Positions 19,134 through 29,705 of a DNA stretch of 58,886 bases are shown piece after piece (position 1 is the stretch's first letter; each line of letters opens with the position of its first letter). The notes beneath the pieces are model-generated. The model was not told the DNA's origin and did no database searches. It saw only the letters and a program-made list of their open reading frames with translations. A program made the position numbers and the translations under genes. Source of the stretch: a virus (taxonomy: Duplodnaviria > Caudoviricetes); the IMG/VR virus record IMGVR_UViG_3300008116_004701, positions 1 to 58,886 of that record. One strand, written 5' to 3'.

Positions 19134-19301
19134 ATGTATAAAATAATACCCATTAAACGATATTACTATACTAAATTTGCAATAGCAAAGAAAGTAAAAT
19201 TTCGTGTATGGGTATTTATACTAAACCATGAAGATATGGTTTTTACATTAAGTACTGTCAAAGCAGCAGAAGTCTACATTAATCAAGTTAGTAAATTATA
19301 A
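19134..19301 (+). CDS. Small hypothetical protein, 55 aa (not in ORF track)
   Basis: MYKIIPIKRYYYTKFAIAKKVKFRVWVFIL...; fills the gap and resembles 1018-1212. Confidence 0.6.
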   Translation: MYKIIPIKRYYYTKFAIAKKVKFRVWVFILNHEDMVFTLSTVKAAEVYINQVSKL

Positions 19302-19305
19302 TTTT

Positions 19306-19614
19306 ATGAAGATCGGACAACAAGTTATTTGTATAGACGATAGTATTAAAACTGGAGAACTTTTTAATGTAGGACAGCATTACCAAAATTGGATTAAAAA
19401 AGGAGTAAAATACACTATAAGAGCTATATTAGATAATCAAGATATTGTAACAGGTATATTATTAGAAGAAGTTGTAAATACTCCTATTTATATTAAGTTA
19501 ATTGATAAAACACAGGAACCTGCATTTAGACCTGATAGGTTTCGAGAATTACAAGAACCTGATAAATTAGAAGTATTATGTATAGAAGAAGAATTATTAC
19601 GTCTAGAGTTATGA
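19306..19614 (+). CDS. Hypothetical protein, SH3-like start
   Basis: MKIGQQVICIDD...G..YTI...LEE..N...F...RF. Confidence 0.7.
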   Translation: MKIGQQVICIDDSIKTGELFNVGQHYQNWIKKGVKYTIRAILDNQDIVTGILLEEVVNTPIYIKLIDKTQEPAFRPDRFRELQEPDKLEVLCIEEELLRLEL

Positions 19615-19898
19615 CGCAACAAGATTTTATTTATCAAGCTGCAAGATTTTTTTTGCATGATGAATTTTATGATATACCAACACAATTAGAAATTTTAATT
19701 AACAGTGATCGTGTATATGATATTCCTTATATAGAATATGCAGAAGTATATAGAACTATGCATAAAGCTGATTTGCTAACAGAGATAGGACACTTAGCAG
19801 GATTGTTAAAAGTTGCTTATACAGAAGGGCAAAAAAATAGAAAATATGAAAGAACAAGAATTTCAAGAAGTACTTCAACAGAGGTTGAAGAAGATTGA
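19611..19898 (+). CDS. Hypothetical protein
   Basis: Probable start is the ATGA-coupled Met at 19611; the ORF track starts at 19578. Confidence 0.6.
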   Translation: MTQQDFIYQAARFFLHDEFYDIPTQLEILINSDRVYDIPYIEYAEVYRTMHKADLLTEIGHLAGLLKVAYTEGQKNRKYERTRISRSTSTEVEED

Positions 19899-20178
19899 GG
19901 AAACTCTCGGCAATAAAGCCAAAGAATATGCTGCAGAAGGAGATAAATTACATAATTTTAATGTAGGCGCTAGAATTACTGGTCAAATACGAGAAAAAGT
20001 ACTTTGGGGTTTTGCCCTTAAACACTACATATCTTTTATGGATATCCTTGACAACATGGAATTAGGTAAACTTCCTAGTGAAGCGATGGTAGATGAAAAA
20101 ATTGGAGATTTAATAAACTATCTAGTCCTTGTTGAAGCTAGTATTAAAGACAAACTAAATGGAGAACTTCCCTACTGA
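19846..20178 (+). CDS. All-alpha protein, DUF1599/NTP-PPase-like
   Basis: K.KEYA...D.LHNF...KH...EKIGDLINYL; probable ATG at 19846. Confidence 0.55.
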   Translation: MKEQEFQEVLQQRLKKIEETLGNKAKEYAAEGDKLHNFNVGARITGQIREKVLWGFALKHYISFMDILDNMELGKLPSEAMVDEKIGDLINYLVLVEASIKDKLNGELPY

Positions 20179-20539
20179 TGACGCTATAAAGTACATTACA
20201 ATGCTTACTGCTTTTCAAGTAGTATTAAATTGTCAATTAGATTTAGAAGGAAGTGTGTATTTATCTGGTAAGTCTAAACAGAAAGTGCGTGAAGCTATTA
20301 ACATGTTAAATCTTGAACACTCAAAAAATCATAGAGCTATTTGGAATATAGACTCACAAAAAGCAGCGAGTTTAATGTTAGGTTTAGAAATATTAGCTAA
20401 AGAAATTTCTGAAAGTAATGGAGTTATTTTATCTGTAATAACAGAATTAAAAAGAGCCAAATTTGATTTAAGTAGAATTAAAGTAGTAGAAGTAAGTGAT
20501 GAAGAACTGGAAGAATTGGAAAATCGTAAAGCTGATTAA
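20159..20539 (+). CDS. Hypothetical protein
   Basis: 126 aa, last gene of the + arm. Confidence 0.7.
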   Translation: MENFPTDDAIKYITMLTAFQVVLNCQLDLEGSVYLSGKSKQKVREAINMLNLEHSKNHRAIWNIDSQKAASLMLGLEILAKEISESNGVILSVITELKRAKFDLSRIKVVEVSDEELEELENRKAD

Positions 20540-20629
20540 AATATTAACTTGTCAGCATAAATTGTGGGGAGTAAAAGTAGGAGAAGATTATTTAAATTAT
20601 ACATGTTTACATTGTGGCATAACAAAACA

Positions 20630-20657
20630 AAAAAAGCGGACTTAGTGCCGCTTTTTT
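20630..20657. terminator. Bidirectional intrinsic terminator between the convergent arms
   Basis: AAAAAAGCGG-ACTTAGTG-CCGCTTTTTT. Confidence 0.85.
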
Positions 20658-20691
20658 ATTTATAAACAGTACATTCTAAAAAATTTGCCGT

Positions 20692-23600
20692 CTACTTGTC
20701 AAAAATTGTACTACCTGAACGATAAATTCTAATAGCTTGTGCAGGTCCAGGAATTAATTCTCCTGCATGCACTGCCCATTTAGAATCTCCTTTAAAAGGA
20801 CCTGAACGAAATTCGTCATTTTCTTTATCATCATCAAAATTCTTTTTAATGTCTGATACTAATTCATAAGAATCTTGTACTAAACTAGCCATAGGAATAG
20901 CTGTTTTAGTTAATTTTTCAAATTCTAATGGGTTAGTGTAAAAACCTATATCTGTACGTAAACGAATAGTTTGGTTTAATAAAAAGTTAGTCATCATTTG
21001 ATCTTCGTCGTCATCGTCAATAGCAGCTTTTAACAATAATGCTACTCCCATAAGGCCTAACATAATATGAAGTTCCATCATATTTTTTCGCATATTAGCA
21101 GCATCAACTTCTCCAAACTTAGTATCATACCCAGGTTTCATAAACATTAGTTTTCTTGCTAATTGTTTGAGAGAGTATAATGTATCTTCAACTGCAGAAT
21201 ATTGGGTTTGCATGCCTCCTATTTTTCCAGCAATAATACCTATACCTGCACCAATAGCAGTACCGATTCCTGGTAGCATCATGGTACCAATGCCTATACC
21301 TGCAGTAGTAAGTTGGCCTAATGTATAACTACGATATCTACCTTTGCGAATGTATGGAGTATCCATACCATAGCTTAACATATCGTCTACTTTTTCGCCT
21401 TCAAATCTGTTGGCAAATCCTTCAAACATCCATGTTCTAAATTGGCTTAACGCACGTCCTGCCGCAGTTGATTTGACTTTTAGTTGATTATTATAATCAC
21501 CGTGAGTCATTTCACTAATGCGCTTAATTTTTTGAATTACTTTAGGAATATCAGCATCTGTAGTATAGCCGTCTTTTAACTTTGCATTTTGACCCATAGC
21601 TTCCCAAAGACTGACTTCATTGCCTTCAGGATCTTTAGCTTTCATGTCCATTAATACAGCAATCATAATTGGTGCTTGGTTCAAGTATTCAGAACGTTGT
21701 TGAATAGTATAAGGGCCGAAGCGTTTAAGTTTAGAAAGGCTAGACTTTTGTGAATTATCGTAAAGTTCGTTAGCTGAAGTTTGTAGAATATCCCAATCAT
21801 CCATTAAACTTCTAATCTTAGTAGCAGCTCCATTAGGATCATTAAATAAGATATCAGCAGACATATTTCTTCCAATAGAATTTAAAGTAAGCATGTATGC
21901 TTTACGAAGATTAGCACTATTAATTAATCGACCATCTGCACCTTCTATTAAGTTAGATATTAAGCCAAAACCGATGTTAGAAAAACCACTTGTTAAGTTC
22001 CATCCTAATCCTTTTAAAGTGCTAAATTTTAAAGCAGTATCTACAACACCACTAGCAGTGCGGTAGCCTCCTAATGCATCAATCTGTGCTTGTAAGAAAG
22101 TTTTTTCGTCTTCATCTTCTTCTTCAGCGAGTAGTTTTTCTAACTCTTTTTTACGAAGTTCTTCTTCTTTAGTGTAAAGCTTAGTTTTAGTAACACCTTC
22201 TACTTTACGAGTACCAGTGCCATAAAAAGTTTTAAGAAAGAAATCTAAACTATCGTTTAGATTTTTAAGGCCTTCTTTTGTTACAGGAACTTGTTTCCCA
22301 TTAATAGTTTTAGTCTGTACTTGTCCCGCACGGTTGGTTTGTAATTCTTTACGTTCTCTAAATGCCTGTTCTACTAGTTTAATCTGGGGCTCAATATTAG
22401 TTTTATGTTTATATGCTAAAATATTAAGAGCATACGCTTTAAGCACTTTACTAATATCCCAAGATTTATCCTTAGAGAGCATATCTCTAGCTTCTTCTTT
22501 AAATTTTTTACGATCTTCAGCTGTTGGGGGATTACCAGTTTGTTGTCTAAATGCAATACTTTTCTCACGTACTAGCTCATTAACTCTAGAATCAGTATCT
22601 TGAATATACTGTATCTGCACACTTTGTTCGATATCACCTGTAAGTGGGTCGATATCAGAAGTAATGCTAGTAGCAAAGTCAGTAGTAGTCTGTAGTTGTT
22701 TGAACTTATCCCATAAAGGAGTTATTCCTACCATCATCCCTTTTTCAGAAAATAGGTCTAATAGAGTTTTTTCTAGCGTAGGAAGTACTCCCACCCCCAT
22801 AATACGTTTTTTCTGTGGAGGGAGTAAGTAATTTAAGCTTTTAAGAGTATCTCTAATATAATTATGATAAGCTAGTAAATCTTCATCTGCTTCAATCTTA
22901 TCAAAGTTTTTATCGTACCATCCTGTTTCTTTGCCGTCAGCAAATCTTCTAGGTACTTGAATAATATATTCTCTAAGACCGTGTACAGCGTAGTAACTAT
23001 TATCTGGTTTAATACGTAAAGAAGGATCTTCTTGCATATCCATCATTGCGTAAGGAGAATTTTCTCTTAACCATTCTTTAAACTTAACATCTTTCTCATC
23101 TTGAGACCAATTAGCATTATTTTGAATACTGTCATAAACTACAGTACGTTCTTGTTGGAACTTTTCAATTTTATTTTTAGCACGATCGATAAATAAATTA
23201 TATCCTTTTTCGCCAAGTTGCTTTTTTAAATCAGCAATATGAGCCGCTTTTTGCTCTTCTGTGAAAGTCTTATAATTATACACAAACTCTTCAGGAACTA
23301 GTGTATCTTCAGGTAAACTATCTGGAAACAAAATACGAGGATCAAACATAATAGTGTTTGCTCTGTTCCAGTCAAAGAAATTTTTAATTAAAGCTGAATC
23401 TTTTTTAGTTTTTCCTGTATTTTTATCTCGACGATTAAATGCTTGATCAATTAACTCATTACGTTTTTTATAAAACTCATCAGAAAATCTATCTACTAAA
23501 CGACCTGTTTCTAAACCTCCTGCAGTGCGCTGTTTTAAGATATCATAGCTATTACCTGACTTTTTAAGAAACTTAGTAGTTAGCTCATCTAGTTTTTTAA

Positions 23601-24699
23601 AGATATCATTTGCTTCTTGTTGTGCTAGAATATTAGCACGTTCAACTGCACTAAATGCAGAGCTCAACATTGGATCTCCTAAACGAGAAAGATTAAGAGT
23701 TTCTATAGAAAGTTTATTAGCATCAATAAGATGCTTATAAATTTCATCTTGTGTAAGATTTCTTCCTGAATACTCTTGCACAAAAGCAGTAACCTGCTGA
23801 CGTGCTAGAGCTGTTAATCTTGCTTGTAAATCAGCTGCTTTAGCGGCACGTCCTCTAAACTCTTCACGAATAGCAGGAGTATCAAATTCATACTGATCAA
23901 GAATAATATGCTCATCTGCAGGTGTCGAAAAATCACCAGCTTTAATCCATAAATTAACAATACGCTGTGCATAAGTCAAATCATCCGCACTAACAGCAGG
24001 ATTTTTAAGCAACTCTTCTACTTCTTTTAACTGTACATCACCGAATTGTAGTACTTCTTCAAATCCTTCAATACCTTGAGAACGCACTATACGTCCTTCT
24101 GCTTCATCAATTTCTTGTTTAAGTTCTATGATATTACCCGTGATGGTTTTCTTTTTATCTGCAGTATCTGCTTTTTTAAGTAAATCTTTTTGTCGAATAA
24201 ACTCTGATTGTAGTTTTTTAATTCGAACTTTTTCAGAAGATTCTATTTGATAAGGTGCAGAAGGGATAATATCTGAACTTTCAAATAAATCTAGCTGTCT
24301 TACTTGTTCTATGATAGATGCATTTGGATATGTGTTAACTAAATTTTCTACTGCCATCGGTTCTTGACGACGTAGATCTCTTAGTTGTTGCTGAGCTTTG
24401 TTTACTGGTAAGTAATTATACTTCATTTCTATCTTGAAAGTATTACCCCAAGCACGTGTAGCCTCAAAACTATGAGATGTATTATTACGTTGGTTGTAAT
24501 TTCTTAGCTTACTTGCTAATCCTGCAGTGTTTTCTAGTGTTGGTTGGAAGCCTACAGCTTTTTTTATCTCTGTTGTAGGCTTTACATCTGGCATTTGAAA
24601 ATTATTAAAAGCAAAAGCTTTGTGGGCAAGGTCTTCTCCCACTTGTTTTACTAACATTTTCCATTCTTTACTGTTCTTATTGGGACAAGCTATAGCCAT
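20692..24699 (-). CDS. Giant ejected/virion protein, 1335 aa
   Basis: Follows the RNAP gene. N-terminal CPN motif, helical body, C-terminal glycine zipper (AGIGIGTMMLPGIGTAIGAGIGIIAG) and TM-like helix. Single Cys at residue 5. Confidence 0.8.
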   Translation of the reverse strand: MAIACPNKNSKEWKMLVKQVGEDLAHKAFAFNNFQMPDVKPTTEIKKAVGFQPTLENTAGLASKLRNYNQRNNTSHSFEATRAWGNTFKIEMKYNYLPVNKAQQQLRDLRRQEPMAVENLVNTYPNASIIEQVRQLDLFESSDIIPSAPYQIESSEKVRIKKLQSEFIRQKDLLKKADTADKKKTITGNIIELKQEIDEAEGRIVRSQGIEGFEEVLQFGDVQLKEVEELLKNPAVSADDLTYAQRIVNLWIKAGDFSTPADEHIILDQYEFDTPAIREEFRGRAAKAADLQARLTALARQQVTAFVQEYSGRNLTQDEIYKHLIDANKLSIETLNLSRLGDPMLSSAFSAVERANILAQQEANDIFKKLDELTTKFLKKSGNSYDILKQRTAGGLETGRLVDRFSDEFYKKRNELIDQAFNRRDKNTGKTKKDSALIKNFFDWNRANTIMFDPRILFPDSLPEDTLVPEEFVYNYKTFTEEQKAAHIADLKKQLGEKGYNLFIDRAKNKIEKFQQERTVVYDSIQNNANWSQDEKDVKFKEWLRENSPYAMMDMQEDPSLRIKPDNSYYAVHGLREYIIQVPRRFADGKETGWYDKNFDKIEADEDLLAYHNYIRDTLKSLNYLLPPQKKRIMGVGVLPTLEKTLLDLFSEKGMMVGITPLWDKFKQLQTTTDFATSITSDIDPLTGDIEQSVQIQYIQDTDSRVNELVREKSIAFRQQTGNPPTAEDRKKFKEEARDMLSKDKSWDISKVLKAYALNILAYKHKTNIEPQIKLVEQAFRERKELQTNRAGQVQTKTINGKQVPVTKEGLKNLNDSLDFFLKTFYGTGTRKVEGVTKTKLYTKEEELRKKELEKLLAEEEDEDEKTFLQAQIDALGGYRTASGVVDTALKFSTLKGLGWNLTSGFSNIGFGLISNLIEGADGRLINSANLRKAYMLTLNSIGRNMSADILFNDPNGAATKIRSLMDDWDILQTSANELYDNSQKSSLSKLKRFGPYTIQQRSEYLNQAPIMIAVLMDMKAKDPEGNEVSLWEAMGQNAKLKDGYTTDADIPKVIQKIKRISEMTHGDYNNQLKVKSTAAGRALSQFRTWMFEGFANRFEGEKVDDMLSYGMDTPYIRKGRYRSYTLGQLTTAGIGIGTMMLPGIGTAIGAGIGIIAGKIGGMQTQYSAVEDTLYSLKQLARKLMFMKPGYDTKFGEVDAANMRKNMMELHIMLGLMGVALLLKAAIDDDDEDQMMTNFLLNQTIRLRTDIGFYTNPLEFEKLTKTAIPMASLVQDSYELVSDIKKNFDDDKENDEFRSGPFKGDSKWAVHAGELIPGPAQAIRIYRSGSTIFDK

Positions 24700-24705
24700 T
24701 ATAAA

Positions 24706-27700
24706 TTATTTACCACAAATTAACAAATATTTTTCATACATATCTTCATCCATTTCTCTTGTTGCAAGGAATTCATCAGAGAAAGCACGATTAAATGCTT
24801 CCCAATCATCAGGTGAAGGTGTGAATGTATCTTTTTCTTGGAAACCAGAAGGTAGAGACTTTTTCTTAACAGCTGGAGATATTTTACTTGTATCTAGTTT
24901 ATTAGTAAAAGGCTGAGCAGGTGTTTGAATACTTCTAAGCTCGTCTCTTACTTCCATAAGTAATTTTGGAAACTCTTTGCCCCATTTAGTTTTATCTTGA
25001 GTATGTGTAAGAGTAGCGTTACCTGTAGCAAGTAGTTTAGCTAGAGCATCTGGATTTTGTTCAAAAGATTCTTTTAGTAATTCTTTCATAATTCTAGAAG
25101 AATTTTTATCCCATTCTTTTGTATCTAATCCTGTAATTGTTCTGCCTAATGCTTTAGCTTTTGCTCCTGTAACATTCATTAATTCTAGTACAATAGGTAA
25201 TCTATCTCCTATACCCATAGATGAATATCTAAATTTAGCAGCTTGAAATGCTCCTTCTACTGTATTAAAAGTACCATGGATAGTCACGACACTTTTAAAA
25301 GGCCTAACAGCAAAATTACTTAACTCAGCATTTTCTCCTGTACCTGCATAAATATTAATAGTTGTGTTAGATAGTATACTAGGTTCTGTAGTAGTATCAA
25401 ATCCTGTTAGAGTTGCTTTTATTCCTGGAGCAGGCGCAAAAAATACATCGTCTTGTAGTGATTTTCTTTGTGTAGAATCGATCAAATCAATAGTTTCTTT
25501 AACTGCAGAAGCTAAAGCTGTACCTGCTTTAATATCTATACCTAAAGAATTTAAGAGTTGTAACAACAAATCTTTGAGTTTATCCATCATAGACTTGTCT
25601 TCTACTTTTACTTTATTTAACCATGCCTGGAATCCTTGGTCAGTAAGCGCCATAGTAACAAACTCTGTAAGTTTGATAGCACCGTAGTATTTACTTAAAC
25701 CTTTATCTGTAGTAAAAGGAGTTCTTGTAGCAGGGTCTGCTTTTGCCCAAGTATTAAATTTTTCTATAAATTCATTTAACTCATTACGATTTCCTTGAGT
25801 TTCTAAATAATTAATATAACTTAACTGTAAAGCTTTTAGGTTATCAATAATCTTTACTTGTTCAGCAGTAAGTTTATCCATTCTACCTGCCTGATAATCT
25901 CTAATCGCCTCTCCTGTAAAAGTATGAATTAGTTCATGTGCTACAGTATTAGCAAGATCGTTAACTGTTTTATGATTTTGATGATTTAAATTTATAAACA
26001 AAGTCTTAGTTGCATATTCATATCTGCCTCGAACACCAGCTTCTTTTACAAACTCAAATTTAAATCCTTCTGGAAATATTAAACTATGAAGTTTTTCTAA
26101 AAGTAATTTGTTAGTAGTACTAACAGTAGGATCGGATAGTAGTCTATCAACTAGGTCATCAAATGCTCGTTTACCTGACATGTTTGTATCTACACCTAGT
26201 TGATTAGGTGGAGTTTGTTGTACAGGATTGTTTACAATATTAGGATCAAATGTCTTAGTAGGTTTAACAAGAACACCTTGGATTGTGGTACCTGGAGCAA
26301 CTACGCTTGGTTTGTTGTCTTTAATCTTAGGTTGATAAACAGGAACAACTACAGCATTCTGTGAGTTATACTGTGTAAAACCATAAGTACCTTGTAGTAC
26401 AGGAATACGGTTGTATTTACGAGTAGATTCATCAAACTCGTATAATGCGTACTTAGATTTATTATTCTTATTATCATCTCTGATAGTTAAGAAATGCGTC
26501 TGTGTCTCAGTCATATCTCCAGATACAGGATCTACAACACTTACAAAATTTCTTTCTAATGCTTCTTTATCTAACTCAAATGATTCTGGAACTGTACTTA
26601 CTTTACCTTTTAAGTCGCCAAGAGATATTGTTTTAGCAAGGTTTGGATTATTTTGAATGTATTGACGAGTAAAACTACTAGGCATGCTATAAATAGGGTT
26701 GCCTAAATCGTCAACTATTCCACCAAAAGTACGTTCAAAATCAAAAGGAATTCCTTGCAGATAGTTGCCAAACCCTAAAGTTTTTAAGTATCCAATAGGA
26801 ATATAGCGCATGTATTGTTTAGAACCTTGTATACCGCCTTCTAAGAAGGCCGCTGTAATAAGATCTTGTGCAAGAAGTCTAGTAGTATAATCAATACCGT
26901 TAAAGTTTCCTAGAGGAACGTTTTTAGAAAGCAAATATGCAAAGCCTGCATAAATGCTGCGCTCGTCAAAATTAGCAGCATTACTAGACTCAAAGTTAAT
27001 TCTTGAAACATCTCCATTACTGTTAAAGTTAAACGTAAGTTTATTTAAGAATTGATTGTTTTGATACCAAGGTTGAGTAGATAACTCTTGTAGTATAGTA
27101 GCAAGACTTTTGTTTTCACCTTCTTTATCGATAAATAATCTTGCTCTTTCTTCATCTGGATTGCCTAAAAATAAACTACTTCCTTCATTAGAATAAAAGT
27201 AAGATTTAATATCTTGGAAAATTTCTGTTTGTACATCGGATAACTTAGTGCTGCTAGCAATTACTTTATCTCCACTAGGAATATGTTTAAGAACTTCTTT
27301 AAATATTGTTTGAAATCCGTCTGTATTATACGGAAAATATGGAGCGTAAATATTATTAGCAAACATAGTTCCGTATTTAGAAGCATATCCACTAATAGTT
27401 GTTGGTACAAACTCTTTATTTTCTATTGTACCTAGTAGACTATTTGCATTAAATACATTAGATAAAGGAAGGTTTTCAATCTGAGTTACTTTAGTATTAG
27501 TTTCTAACAAAGATTTGGGAATGCCTTTAGATGCAGTATTAATAGCTGATTGTATTTTCTTAATTTCTTCACCTATTCCATCAAGTTTTAAAAACTTATT
27601 TAAAATCATTAACTGTCCTATATTATAGTCAGTTGATTTAGTAGGATTAAATTTAGTCTCTTTTAGGTTTTCTAAAAGTTGTTCTCCAGACATGTCACCT

Positions 27701-29700
27701 AATTTTTCATAGGCTAACATTTGACTTTCAGAAGCTTCTGTTAATTTATTTTCAGGGTCGTATTTTTTACGAAGCTCCTGCATCAATTCTGCTTGGAAGT
27801 TAGCATTATATTTACTAGTAGTAGATCGATTAGCTTTTATTCGATCTAAGTACTCCCAAATGATGTCTTGAGTAATAAGCCCTGCTATATCTGTTTCTTC
27901 AAACCCAAACATTACCATAGCACGTATTGCGCCAAAAGTATCTGAGTTAATATTTAGTTTATCAAGAATCTGCTCTTTTTCGTTATCTACTGCAGTAGAC
28001 TGTAGTGCTCGAATAATTGCTGATTTAAATTTAAGAGACTCTTTTTCTTCTTTAGTAAGCTCACGTTTTTCTGCTTTAGCTCTATTAATAAGAGCTTGAG
28101 ATTTAAGAGTATATGGATTAGACATATCTCCTTTAGAAACAAACTCTCCAAATGTTGCTACAGGCATATTAGCTTCTGCTAACTCTTGTGCAGTAGGAAT
28201 ACGTGGATTCATTGGTGTACCAAATAATTCTACATACGCTTCGTCATTAAGATTTTGATAAACTAAATCTTTGCCTTGTGCATTAGCATTAAAAGTAGAA
28301 TCAAGAGAAAATGATCCTACACCATCTTTACCTGCTGTTGCATTAATGTATTTAGTACGTTGATAAATATCAGAAAGAATAGTAACAGGTGTAGGGTTTA
28401 CACCCTTCTCGGAACGTATTTTATTTACTTCTGCAGCTAGACCTGTAAATTCTCCAGAACCATCAAGTGCAATAATACTAGCAATCACTTCAGGGTTAGT
28501 ACTAGTCATTACATCTAAATGGATATCTAAGATCTTATTCTGTTTAGCTGCTACATAAGAACGATTTAAGATCGATAAGCGATCTATTAATGTTTCGATT
28601 TGACCAGGCTCTAGAAATTTTTTATCCAAACTTCTTGTGATAATTTCATTAGCTTGCGACGCCAAAGTAGAATCAATATCATCTTTTTCTTCATTACTGT
28701 CTATAGTATTCTTAATGTAATCTCTTAGTATTTTATTTTCTTCTTTTGAAAGCTTTAATCTTTCTTGTATATCGTTTAAAGTTTCTTTAGCAATCTTAAT
28801 TTGCGCTTCTATTTTTTTAGGATCAGATAGAAAGTTAGTATATAGCTTGCCATTTTGATAAAAATGATTGTACATGTATGTGTACAATTTATCAACGTCA
28901 AAGTCGGACCCCATTTGTTTAGTAAAATCTCTAGGCGCTAAGACTAAATCCCCCATTGCTTCTGGTAAAAATCCTACTATTTCTACAGCAGCCATAGAGT
29001 TACGGCTTTGAGTAGGAATACGGAATCCAAATAGTTGAAGTAGTTTTTCAGGAACTTTAGTAGTGTCTAATAAACCATCTTTTGTTAAAAATTCCTCTAT
29101 GTTCAAGATTTCTCCACGCTCATTGCGAAACTTAAATGGAATCATAATTTGAGCAGGTAACATTTTACCTGTTGCAGGATCTACACGCAAAGGTTGTAAC
29201 CCTTTAGTAGCATCAAATTTATTTGTGAATACGATATCAGAATTCTTTAAATCTCCTGCTGCAGCATCACCTTCTTTAATTTTAATCCCTTCTTCAGAGC
29301 CGAGTACATAAGAATTACCCGTAAACTTTTGTTTAACTACTTTATTACTAACGAGTGACGTAAGTAAACTTTCAAATTTATCTGCATAAGGAGATGCCCA
29401 CAAAGGAATTTTAAAGTTTTGTTTGTCTTCTGTTAATTCTAAAGCAGACAACATGTTAGGCGCATATCCTTGGCGAGTTTTGATTTCTTGAGCAAGAATC
29501 TCAGCAAGTTTAACTGCGGGAATTGTAGTTCTTTCTATGATTTTTTTGTCAGCAACTTTAACTTTAGAGCTATCTTTTTTAAATCCTGGAAGACTCAGCT
29601 TACCGTTAGCAACTAAAGTATCTAAAAGGCCTTCATTTAAAAGTGCCTTAAATTCATTTTCAGAGACCCAACGACCCCCTACAAAGTACTGACAAGCCAT
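24706..29700 (-). CDS. Virion RNA polymerase catalytic (beta'-like) half fused to zincin and NADAR domains, 1664 aa
   Basis: FRIPTQ..NS and GSDFDVDKL (DxDxD at 28891-28905, compare phi14:2 gp66 DFDID), AVDNEK. Zincin: AHELIH...EFV. NADAR: LSNF...TVEGAFQAAK...AKALGR...W...M...F.QNP...LLATG. Confidence 0.9.
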   Translation of the reverse strand: MACQYFVGGRWVSENEFKALLNEGLLDTLVANGKLSLPGFKKDSSKVKVADKKIIERTTIPAVKLAEILAQEIKTRQGYAPNMLSALELTEDKQNFKIPLWASPYADKFESLLTSLVSNKVVKQKFTGNSYVLGSEEGIKIKEGDAAAGDLKNSDIVFTNKFDATKGLQPLRVDPATGKMLPAQIMIPFKFRNERGEILNIEEFLTKDGLLDTTKVPEKLLQLFGFRIPTQSRNSMAAVEIVGFLPEAMGDLVLAPRDFTKQMGSDFDVDKLYTYMYNHFYQNGKLYTNFLSDPKKIEAQIKIAKETLNDIQERLKLSKEENKILRDYIKNTIDSNEEKDDIDSTLASQANEIITRSLDKKFLEPGQIETLIDRLSILNRSYVAAKQNKILDIHLDVMTSTNPEVIASIIALDGSGEFTGLAAEVNKIRSEKGVNPTPVTILSDIYQRTKYINATAGKDGVGSFSLDSTFNANAQGKDLVYQNLNDEAYVELFGTPMNPRIPTAQELAEANMPVATFGEFVSKGDMSNPYTLKSQALINRAKAEKRELTKEEKESLKFKSAIIRALQSTAVDNEKEQILDKLNINSDTFGAIRAMVMFGFEETDIAGLITQDIIWEYLDRIKANRSTTSKYNANFQAELMQELRKKYDPENKLTEASESQMLAYEKLGDMSGEQLLENLKETKFNPTKSTDYNIGQLMILNKFLKLDGIGEEIKKIQSAINTASKGIPKSLLETNTKVTQIENLPLSNVFNANSLLGTIENKEFVPTTISGYASKYGTMFANNIYAPYFPYNTDGFQTIFKEVLKHIPSGDKVIASSTKLSDVQTEIFQDIKSYFYSNEGSSLFLGNPDEERARLFIDKEGENKSLATILQELSTQPWYQNNQFLNKLTFNFNSNGDVSRINFESSNAANFDERSIYAGFAYLLSKNVPLGNFNGIDYTTRLLAQDLITAAFLEGGIQGSKQYMRYIPIGYLKTLGFGNYLQGIPFDFERTFGGIVDDLGNPIYSMPSSFTRQYIQNNPNLAKTISLGDLKGKVSTVPESFELDKEALERNFVSVVDPVSGDMTETQTHFLTIRDDNKNNKSKYALYEFDESTRKYNRIPVLQGTYGFTQYNSQNAVVVPVYQPKIKDNKPSVVAPGTTIQGVLVKPTKTFDPNIVNNPVQQTPPNQLGVDTNMSGKRAFDDLVDRLLSDPTVSTTNKLLLEKLHSLIFPEGFKFEFVKEAGVRGRYEYATKTLFINLNHQNHKTVNDLANTVAHELIHTFTGEAIRDYQAGRMDKLTAEQVKIIDNLKALQLSYINYLETQGNRNELNEFIEKFNTWAKADPATRTPFTTDKGLSKYYGAIKLTEFVTMALTDQGFQAWLNKVKVEDKSMMDKLKDLLLQLLNSLGIDIKAGTALASAVKETIDLIDSTQRKSLQDDVFFAPAPGIKATLTGFDTTTEPSILSNTTINIYAGTGENAELSNFAVRPFKSVVTIHGTFNTVEGAFQAAKFRYSSMGIGDRLPIVLELMNVTGAKAKALGRTITGLDTKEWDKNSSRIMKELLKESFEQNPDALAKLLATGNATLTHTQDKTKWGKEFPKLLMEVRDELRSIQTPAQPFTNKLDTSKISPAVKKKSLPSGFQEKDTFTPSPDDWEAFNRAFSDEFLATREMDEDMYEKYLLICGK

Positions 29701-29705
29701 AGCAA

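Noticed and set aside
20540-20691. tRNA or ncRNA in the convergence gap
   Set aside because: No cloverleaf or T-loop motif is visible; only the terminator hairpin is supported.
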